64,000 bases of DNA from Adineta vaga (taxonomy: Eukaryota > Animalia > Rotifera), in the NCBI GenBank assembly GCA_021613535.1, contig CP075493.1, forward strand, positions 10,726,001 to 10,790,000, in the 5' to 3' direction. The notes under the pieces are model-generated. The model saw only the letters and a program-made list of their open reading frames with translations, was not told the origin of the DNA and made no database searches. Made by a program: the position numbers and the translations under genes. Within the stretch, counting starts at the first letter, position 1. Every line of letters starts with the position of its first letter. Of this stretch, positions 56,244-64,000 are shown piece after piece.

Positions 56244-56259
56244 ACAAATTCTTGAAGTT

Positions 56260-57033
56260 TTATTCGTATACCCGACAGAGCCGTAGGAAAACAAACAGAT
56301 AAAGCGTATCATTGAGTACGAGAAAAAAAATAGGTTCCAAATGATTGTGCACAAATAATTGAAAACTAAGTGACGTCTGTTTCTCGAATACTCTTTCCTT
56401 AAAGTCGCCCATTTCGGACAAGACTCATTCAATGAACCTAGTTTCTTCGTTTTTGGTTGTAGTTTGATTTGTTTCAATTCGCGTTGTACCTGATTTGTCA
56501 ACATCATTGTCAAGTTCGTTGCAACTTCTCGAAGCCATTTGATAACATTAGGATATTTAAAAAATTTCATGACATGCTCTTTGTTTTGTATAAGTTCTCG
56601 TTCTAAGATCACATGAGATGCTCTTGTTAATGATTGTTGTCCATTTAGCTAAAATGTAAATATATCGAGTTATCATTCCAATCATCAAATACTTACGTTC
56701 AGGTAGTTTATAGGTATTATCAGCAAGATTCTCCACAATCATACCATGATGATATATCTATTGGTCAACTATTTATATACATTGTTGATTAGGAATCTGA
56801 AGAATGGTTACCATTGATGATTGGGAAGATTGGATTGTGTATGAGTTATCATCAACCATAACAAAAACATCAATATCATAATGTAATCCATCGAGAGCTA
56901 ATTCTTCGGCAAACAGGAGAGTTTCGGATGCAGGTCGAATAAGAAAACAGACAGCTATACTAGCTGTGTCGATTGTGTTTATTTGAAGCCACACTATTAT
57001 ATGAAAGAAAATCCAAATGATTTTGAATCGCAT
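56260..57033 (-). pseudogene. Glycosyltransferase-like copy 3, internally deleted and frameshifted
   Basis: Matches the N- and C-termini of copies 1/2. Lacks ~730 bp including the EDD motif (junction ~56744), has a 28-bp deletion at ~56780 and further frameshifts. Confidence 0.88.
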
Positions 57034-57375
57034 GGTAATGGTAAAATTTTTTTGTTAGAAGCCGCAATAGCTTTTGTACTAAAACTATTTCTCTTTATCC
57101 TACAAAATGAAGTTGTTTGATTAGTAGACGAACGAGAAAATAGCAATATGTGTACGCCTATGAAGAGCATTTTTTTTCTTCTAATTACGATTTTTTGTTC
57201 ATAATAAAAGAACGTCAGTGTTTCGTTTTGTTCCTTTAATATTTGATTTGTGACAGTAGAGAGATGTCGTTGTGCGAAGGATCATTTTATTTCGTCATTT
57301 ATTGTTTGCCACGTATCGTCGTGTGTGTGTGTGCTTTATCGAAAAGAAAGAAAAATATACGTTTAAAGTATAACA

Positions 57376-57855
57376 ATGCCAGTTGAAGTCGGCCAACAAG
57401 CTCCTGATTTTACTCTTTATAATACAGAACAAAAAGAAATTTCATTAAAAGATTTAACATCCAAATCCAATGTTGTTCTTTTATTCTTTCCATTAGCATT
57501 CACAGGTGTTTGTACGAAAGAATTATGTTCTGCAAGAGATGATATTAGTAAGTATGAAAAATTAAATGCCACGATCGTTGGAATATCTGTTGATTCCTTA
57601 TTTTCATTGGGAAAATTTCGTGAAGAACAAAAACTTCCATTTGATTTATTATCCGACTTTAATAAAGATGTTGCAACACAATATGATTCACTTTATGAAC
57701 AATTTCCAAAATTTGGTTTAAAAGGTGTTACAAAACGAAGTGCATTTGTTATTGATAAACAAGGAATTATTAAATATGCTGAAATATTAGTTGATGCAAG
57801 CAAAGTCCCAGATTTTGATAAAATTAAACAAGCATTAGAAGATTGTGAGAAATGA
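57376..57855 (+). CDS. Bacterial-type peroxiredoxin (AhpE/BCP-like)
   Basis: VGQQAPDFTL, FFPLAFTGVCTKELC (PxxxTxxC with CxxxxC), GISVDS, LLSDFN, KRSAFVIDKQG. Intronless. Confidence 0.92.
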   Translation: MPVEVGQQAPDFTLYNTEQKEISLKDLTSKSNVVLLFFPLAFTGVCTKELCSARDDISKYEKLNATIVGISVDSLFSLGKFREEQKLPFDLLSDFNKDVATQYDSLYEQFPKFGLKGVTKRSAFVIDKQGIIKYAEILVDASKVPDFDKIKQALEDCEK

Positions 57856-58055
57856 ACTAAAACAAAACACCTTATTTTCATGCTATTTGATTGTTTTTAA
57901 ACTAAAATAAATCATTAGAGATTAATTTTCTACTCTATTTCTTATTCGCTTGACGTCATAATTATGACGATTGATGAGTAATATTTATTGCGATCAATAT
58001 ATATATATGAATGAAAATAACATCACCTTATTTATCGATCAAAACGTAGTCGTAA

Positions 58056-58460
58056 ATGTTTGTTTTTCATATTATTGGTATTCTAATTCTCATTGGATCA
58101 ATAGTATCTTCGGGAAAAGATTCTGATCCCATTCTTATTGAAAATACGTTCGTTACATGTTATTCCGACCGTTTAGTTATCCATTTTTATTATTTTCCAT
58201 TTGGTTCCAAGACAATAAAATATGAAAATATTCGTTCATGTGAATTACTTCAACATGATCAATTAAACATGTTTCAAACGAAATGTTGGGGAATGGCGTT
58301 CTCGCCAATTTGGTGGCATTTGGACATACAGCGGCAATGGCGAAAATATTATCTTGTATTAGATGGTACTCAATGGCCAAAAATTGGTATAACTATGGAT
58401 GATGATGATACGATTAAAGTTTACAACTTATTAATGAAACATTTTCTACACAATAAATAA
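58056..58460 (+). CDS. Small signal-peptide protein of microbial-type family, function unknown
   Basis: 134-aa intronless ORF with hydrophobic N-terminus and motifs YYFPFGSKTIKY and KCWGMAFSPIWWHLD. AATAAA at the 3' end. Confidence 0.7.
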   Translation: MFVFHIIGILILIGSIVSSGKDSDPILIENTFVTCYSDRLVIHFYYFPFGSKTIKYENIRSCELLQHDQLNMFQTKCWGMAFSPIWWHLDIQRQWRKYYLVLDGTQWPKIGITMDDDDTIKVYNLLMKHFLHNK

Positions 58461-58610
58461 ACTTGTTTTGTACTCATCAACTGAGTATCACGCCATAGAT
58501 CATCCAATATTCGTTCGTTTTTTTTATGTTATAAACAAAAGAGATAAGTTTATTTTTACTGATAAGCACTTTCGTCGTATGAAAACAAACAAACAAAAAG
58601 ATGAGGTGAT

Positions 58611-60263
58611 TTATGACACAAAGAATTTTTTTGTTAAATTCAATGAATTTAAAATTGAAGCTAAAAGAATTCGAAAAAAGAATTTCGGCCGAAGTAATGA
58701 ATAAGGTGTTTTCTCTTGAAAAACAACGTAAAAAAAAGCAGTTGTTAATTCTCCTGAATAAGCTGCACATTTAATTAGCCAATATGTATACCATTGTAAA
58801 AATTGCATAAATACAGGTGTTTTCGGTTGAGGATAATTCAATGTTGAATCATCACTTCGTTGATAGGTTGTTGTCCGACCGTTTTTATCCGTTTTAATTA
58901 ATTTTAAAGTTGGAACCGCCCAATCATTTGTAATTGAACCAAGCCAACATTCTTCACTGATGGCAGATGCTTGACGATTGTAGATATAAGAAATATCTTC
59001 CAAAGGATAATTTTTGTTGAAAATTTCATTTAATTGTCGTGCTTGTCGACATGCATGTGTCATTCCTTGACCATTTTTGGGATTAAAAACACACATTGAA
59101 TCTCCAACAAGAATGTAATTTCGAGGCCATTTTCGACCTAATTTTTCCACATACTTTCGATCATCGAAAGCACGTCGATATGGAAGTAATGGACTAAGAA
59201 GTTTTGTTGATTTTAAAATCAAATAATAATCATTTGGAAGATTGTCTTTCACCCATTCTAAAAGATTTTCATAACAATCATTCGGTGGATATTCTGAATT
59301 GACACAATATATAGCAAAATTTGATGCAAATCCTAAAGAATTAGGATCTGTTGTGTTCAATTGTCGTATTGGTATCGTAAGAAAACCTTTATTATGATTT
59401 GGAGCATGTGCAGCATTACCACCGACATAAATTGAATCTAATGTTGGATTTCCTGTTTTAAATCGTTCACCAACAAATGAAACATAACCCGTTCCAACAT
59501 GTAATTGTTCAGTTGGAATAATTAAATCAAAATTTTGTTTCAACCATTTTATCGATGAACTATGTCTTCCAGTACAATCAATAATAAAATCTCCATATAA
59601 TTCTTCGTGTTTATTAGAATTGATTTTCGATCGATATTGAACTCCATGAACTATATTTGTTGTTTGATCAACAATTAATTGATTGACTTTTGTATTACAC
59701 ATCCATTGAATTTGTTGTTGATCAAATTGTAAACATAATTCTCTTCGTAAAATGGTTTCTAATGTAAAACGATCAATACAAAACCATGAAAGATCTTCTG
59801 TCAGATTTTTATTTAATAAAACATTGCCAATAATAAAACGGAAATTGTTCTTTAATGAAACTATTTTTGCACCATGATCATTGATTAATCGATTTTTTAA
59901 ATTTGGAAATAAATCAAATAGAATCTTTCCACCTTCACCTTGTAAAACGTGTATTTGATAACTTTGACTAACACCTGATCGACCTAATGTATTGGCATTC
60001 TTCAAATTACAACGATAATCGAAAAGTTCTTCCGTTGTTGAATTCATTAATATTTCATTTAAAACATCATCCGGTTCAATAATTGTAATTCGTTTAAAAT
60101 ATTTCGATAAATATGCAGCTGTTGTCATACCAGCAATACTACCACCCATAATAATTGCATGTTCATATTTCTTATCTGAAGTATCATTGATAATGCGATT
60201 CTTTCGTTGTTTATAAAACCAACAAGTTACTCCTAAGAGAATGAATAAAACGATCCAAAACAT
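58611..60263 (-). CDS. Membrane-anchored FAD-dependent monooxygenase, MonCI/Lsd18-like putative epoxidase
   Basis: N-terminal TM (MFWIVLFILLGVTCWFY), HAIIMGGSIAG, RSGVSQSYQIHVL, DCTGRHS, GDSMCVFNPKNGQGMT. Intronless. First ATG at 60263. Confidence 0.85.
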   Translation of the reverse strand: MFWIVLFILLGVTCWFYKQRKNRIINDTSDKKYEHAIIMGGSIAGMTTAAYLSKYFKRITIIEPDDVLNEILMNSTTEELFDYRCNLKNANTLGRSGVSQSYQIHVLQGEGGKILFDLFPNLKNRLINDHGAKIVSLKNNFRFIIGNVLLNKNLTEDLSWFCIDRFTLETILRRELCLQFDQQQIQWMCNTKVNQLIVDQTTNIVHGVQYRSKINSNKHEELYGDFIIDCTGRHSSSIKWLKQNFDLIIPTEQLHVGTGYVSFVGERFKTGNPTLDSIYVGGNAAHAPNHNKGFLTIPIRQLNTTDPNSLGFASNFAIYCVNSEYPPNDCYENLLEWVKDNLPNDYYLILKSTKLLSPLLPYRRAFDDRKYVEKLGRKWPRNYILVGDSMCVFNPKNGQGMTHACRQARQLNEIFNKNYPLEDISYIYNRQASAISEECWLGSITNDWAVPTLKLIKTDKNGRTTTYQRSDDSTLNYPQPKTPVFMQFLQWYTYWLIKCAAYSGELTTAFFYVVFQEKTPYSLLRPKFFFRILLASILNSLNLTKKFFVS

Positions 60264-60375
60264 GATCACTAACAAATGAATATAATATATGAAGAAAAAA
60301 AATTCAGTTCTTTTTAATAAAACAAGATAAGGTCATTTTGTCAAAGATCTGATGATGTACGTGCGATGTGCACTG

Positions 60376-60413
60376 ATTGGATGCATTCTTTTCTACATAG
60401 AAGATCATGCCAT
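60376..60413 (-). promoter_or_regulatory. CCAAT box plus SRE-like motif upstream of the monooxygenase
   Basis: ATTGG at 60376-60380 and ATCATGCCAT at 60404-60413 (one mismatch to the motif upstream of the cyclase). Confidence 0.3.
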
Positions 60414-60498
60414 AAATGATATCTCTTAGTCATTTTTATTTATCTCAATAGAAAAGAGAACAGAAAAGAAACGAAAGCAAAAGAAAAATATAGGTTTA

Positions 60499-62667
60499 TC
60501 AATATGTATAGTTATGTTTCATAAATCTTCCGAGTGCCCAAATCGGAAAGATATTTCGATAATTTGTATAACTAATCATACAATTTCCATTGAAAACACC
60601 ACTAATGCCTTCTTGATCCCAATCTCCATTTGCTGCTTGTTTTTTCAGAAGAAAGTGAATACCTTGACGGATTACATTCGAATCAGCTTTTGCTGATATT
60701 AATGATAAAACTGCCCATGCTGTATTGATGACTTGTGAATGTTGATGTGGTACATAAGTTTTATGTACACAACTTAAATAAGATTCACCCCATCCACCAT
60801 CAGAATTTTGTTTTGAAAGTAGAAATTGTACTGCTTTTTGAATAGTTTTTGATTGTGGTGATTCACCAACAGTTATTAGAGCATCAATAGCAAACCATGT
60901 TCCGTAAGTAAAACATACCGCCCAACTTCCATACCAACTACCATCAGGTCGTTGTTTACCTTTAATAAATTCAATTCCACGTTGAATAGCAAGATCAATT
61001 TCTTTTCGTCGATGATTAGCAAAATATGTTTGTGAACGAAATTTCCATAAAGCTTGAATACAAGCTGATGTACATTCCGTATAAGAATAATCAACCATAA
61101 TTCCTTGAAAAACTTCAGCTGGATTTAACCATTCAACCCAAGATCCTGCCCGTTGAAGTTCATAGGATGCCCATCCACCATCTTTATTTTGTGTAGTTAA
61201 AATAAAATTAACTGCATCTTCTAAACGATCCGAAGTGATTCGATGTGGACTAATGTACATTTGTTCGTGTAATAGTAATGTCGCTTTCACACCTTCAGAT
61301 GTACAATCAGTTATTGGCCAACCATGATCACGAGTTGAAAATGGCCAACCACCTTTGGATATATGACGATAGAATTTCACATGATCTTTAACATCTTCTA
61401 AAACTTGACTAATATCTAAATAATAATAAGCAGAATTCAAACATTTCGGATATAAATGTCCTAATCCTGTTTCTAAAATAGCTTGAATTGAAAAAGCTGT
61501 ATCCCATAGTTGTGAACCATTATAACCTTGAATTTTCATTCCATCTTCACTTAACCATAAATAATCATCAACACGATTTAAATGCTGTTGAAATTGTTGA
61601 CTTTCTCGTCCCTTAGCATACCATATGGATAACATATTAATAAATTTATTCACTGGACCAATATTAATATAATTTGTATGTTCATCTTCTGCTTCAATAT
61701 AACTAATTAAAAATTCACTTGCCTTTTCACGTAATTGACGAATATGTATTGTTTCATATGTATTCGTACAAAAATTTAAGACTTTCAAAAGTGTCGTCTG
61801 TGGAGAATATAAATCCAATGAACTAATTGAATTTCGATGTTTTGTAAAATCAATATCTTCGTATTTCTCAACGTACAATTCATTTCGTAATTCCTTTATC
61901 AATGGTGTTATTTTACCAACAATTCTCTCGGCATAAACATAACTCATTGGCAAATAAACCATTCGACAATGACACCAATATCGTGATGGATGAACTGGTA
62001 TCCATTCAGGTAATAACCATAGTTCAGGAAAGAGAGAATTAACACCTTCCCACGGCATAACTCCTAGAACACATAACCAAAATTTTGCCCAACTTGGTGC
62101 ATATATTGCACCACCTTCGGATTGAATAAATTGATAAGCTTTTTGTAATCGTTCATTTGAAAAAGGAATATCTAGTAATCGTAAGGAAATATAATTCAAA
62201 ACCGTTCCAAACATAGTTGATTTATTTTCAATATGTGTTCCCCAACCACCATTTGGTAATTGATGATTGAATAAATATCGAATTAATTGATATTTTTGTT
62301 CGTCAGAAAATTGAAAGTTAGTTATATAAGATGTAATAACTGCACCAGGTAATAGAAACATAGGACCACCATAATCACCAGGCCAATGACCATCTTCAAC
62401 TTGTAATGATGAATAATAATTAATTGCATTCAACATACTTTTAACTATCGACGAAGAAAGTTCGTCTTTCAACGATGGAATTCGCATTTTTTCATATTGA
62501 TCTTCATTAACATTGACTGGTTTATAATTTTCTTGAAAAGCATTGTCTCGAAAGATTTTATCGGCTGAATTCGCATTTTCTTCATTGAAATTGACTAAAT
62601 TCGAAGATTCATTTTTAAAATATTTCCAAATTTGTTGTCCACGATCACAAATTAATCGCCAAGCCAT
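60499..62667 (-). CDS. 2,3-oxidosqualene cyclase with cycloartenol-synthase signature
   Basis: WRL..GQQIW, DGHWPGDYGGPMFLLPG, WCHCRMVYLPMSY, IGPVNK, QGYNGSQLWDTAF, DHGWPITDCTSEG, and QW repeats (QRPDGSWYGSW, QNSDGGWGE, QAANGDW). 722 aa, intronless. Confidence 0.97.
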   Translation of the reverse strand: MAWRLICDRGQQIWKYFKNESSNLVNFNEENANSADKIFRDNAFQENYKPVNVNEDQYEKMRIPSLKDELSSSIVKSMLNAINYYSSLQVEDGHWPGDYGGPMFLLPGAVITSYITNFQFSDEQKYQLIRYLFNHQLPNGGWGTHIENKSTMFGTVLNYISLRLLDIPFSNERLQKAYQFIQSEGGAIYAPSWAKFWLCVLGVMPWEGVNSLFPELWLLPEWIPVHPSRYWCHCRMVYLPMSYVYAERIVGKITPLIKELRNELYVEKYEDIDFTKHRNSISSLDLYSPQTTLLKVLNFCTNTYETIHIRQLREKASEFLISYIEAEDEHTNYINIGPVNKFINMLSIWYAKGRESQQFQQHLNRVDDYLWLSEDGMKIQGYNGSQLWDTAFSIQAILETGLGHLYPKCLNSAYYYLDISQVLEDVKDHVKFYRHISKGGWPFSTRDHGWPITDCTSEGVKATLLLHEQMYISPHRITSDRLEDAVNFILTTQNKDGGWASYELQRAGSWVEWLNPAEVFQGIMVDYSYTECTSACIQALWKFRSQTYFANHRRKEIDLAIQRGIEFIKGKQRPDGSWYGSWAVCFTYGTWFAIDALITVGESPQSKTIQKAVQFLLSKQNSDGGWGESYLSCVHKTYVPHQHSQVINTAWAVLSLISAKADSNVIRQGIHFLLKKQAANGDWDQEGISGVFNGNCMISYTNYRNIFPIWALGRFMKHNYTY

Positions 62668-62861
62668 AATCACCAATACAAAATGTATTATAAACTTTAA
62701 CGAACGAAAAAGGATAACGAAGTAAAAAAAAGAAATTCGTTCTCTTCTTTTTCAGATGATATATAACCTCTATGATGTAAGATAAGAACAGCAATATTGT
62801 ATTTTGTTTTATTTACACCTATAAGATTAGTTTATTTCTTGGTTAGAATGATGCAGATGTG

Positions 62862-62885
62862 ATCACGCCATTGTCAGTCGATTGG
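62862..62885 (-). promoter_or_regulatory. SRE-like element plus CCAAT box upstream of the cyclase
   Basis: ATCACGCCAT (62862-62871) fits the SREBP consensus ATCAC(C/G)CCA(C/T). ATTGG at 62881-62885. About 200 bp 5' of the ATG. Confidence 0.45.
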
Positions 62886-63016
62886 CAGAATAGAATGCAA
62901 ATATATTTTATACATCTAGTAAGTATTCTACTTATAGTTTTTAAAGGAAAACAATATAAATTAAAATTTAATGGATATTGTAATATATGTATTTTTTTTC
63001 AATGAGAGGAAATAGT

Positions 63017-64000
63017 CTATGTAATATTTAGAACTGTTTGCATGAGTGGTGCAATTTTATCGACAATATTCGATGTAATGAATTGTGTACGAAAAAAGGT
63101 TCGAACTCTATGTGACAGTTTTTGAATACGAAAGATAACAGCTAATACTTGAATAAAGTATTTATAAGCTTCATGTTCACCTTTTTTATTAACTATATAA
63201 TTCCAAAGGATTCTTGTGTAATGACTTTGAGCTCGACTCACAGCTATTGGATCGTTTAATGATCGTTGATTTTCGTCCATTGATAATCGATCAGTAAATA
63301 GAAGAATCGTCATGAGAATGGATAATACTGCTGGATCTTGTTCAGTTAATGCAACAAGTATCAATTTCATTTCAATAAAACCATCTAGAATATTACTTGA
63401 ATCACCGCATAATTTATAAAATTGACGATGTTTTTCTTCTTCTGCGGATGTACAATGATCAGCTGCTGTTTTATGAAGATAACATTTAAATATTGGAAAA
63501 ACAGATAAAAGATTATGTTTGATCAATAAAAGACGATCATCACTATAATCGAGATTTTCAAATTCATCGATATGACGAAAGAAAGTGATGAATGATAAAG
63601 CAATCTGATTGGTATTCTGTGACCATGAAACAAGAGCCGAAGTTTGATCAGATGTATCGAAAACAAATTGACATGGATGTAGATTTTGAAACATTGATAA
63701 GAATGATGATCGAACACTTTCAATAGTAAGCCAATCTTCAATCGATAATGTTCCAAATAGAAGATTTTCCATTCCAATTGAATCTTCATTTTTGGTTTGA
63801 TCGATATCTAATAATAACTAGACAAAGAGAACATTTCTCTATAAAACTGATTCTACAAACTTACACGATCAAAATCATCAATTGGTTCTATATTCGATAC
63901 GATTGATGATGTGAAAGATTGTTGTGCTGTCGCACTTCGATTTTCTTCAAGACGTTTTTTACGTCGTTGTTTTTCTTCTTCACTCAAAATGAAATCTTTT
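63017..64000 (-). CDS. Nuclear hormone receptor, NR1 type (HR96/DAF-12/NR1I-J-like); hinge and LBD only, DBD off window
   Basis: Post-DBD extension KDFILSEEEKQRRKKRLEENR, 47-nt intron 63864-63818, LBD signature ITFFRHIDEFENLDYSDDRLLLIK, terminal helix IAPLMQTVL. Confidence 0.85.

Noticed and set aside
51726-57033. Glycosyltransferases as saponin-forming UGTs
   Set aside because: They are DxD/GT-A-like and probably lumenal, with no GT1/UGT signature. Only proximity links them to the cyclase.
60499-62667. Squalene-hopene or tetrahymanol cyclase
   Set aside because: Has DCTSE (OSC type), not DXDD.
1-64000. CRISPR array, rRNA or prokaryotic contig
   Set aside because: No repeat-spacer array or rRNA seen. 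Spliceosomal introns flank the island on both sides.

Overview
Eukaryotic, AT-rich animal genomic DNA with many short (about 45-60 nt) GT-AG introns. The gene repertoire and architecture suggest a bdelloid rotifer (inference). The left ~50 kb is mostly intron-containing metazoan genes: capicua-like HMG-box (partial), VGLUT, caprin, tRNA-Met, F-box/LRR, TRAF, SPEF1, a clan-3 P450, VWA7-like, SDA1, a peptide GPCR, cathepsin F, a Cys-repeat protein and NUP88, plus small TIR elements and decayed fragments. From ~51.7 to 62.7 kb is a block of intronless, non-metazoan-looking genes: a tandem triplet of DxD glycosyltransferase-like genes (one broken, with a 5'-truncated LINE inserted), a bacterial-type peroxiredoxin, a small microbial-type protein, a membrane-anchored bacterial-type flavin monooxygenase and an oxidosqualene cyclase, followed by an NR1-type nuclear receptor. 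The main candidate novel system is at 58.6-64 kb. The cyclase carries the cycloartenol-synthase residues (Y/H/I) rather than the animal lanosterol-synthase ones. It lies 235 bp from a non-SQLE, MonCI/Lsd18-like putative epoxidase. Both genes have SRE-like plus CCAAT motifs upstream and sit beside an HR96/DAF-12-like receptor. Together this suggests a horizontally acquired, host-regulated sterol/triterpene module in an animal. All family calls are from motif recognition, not database searches.
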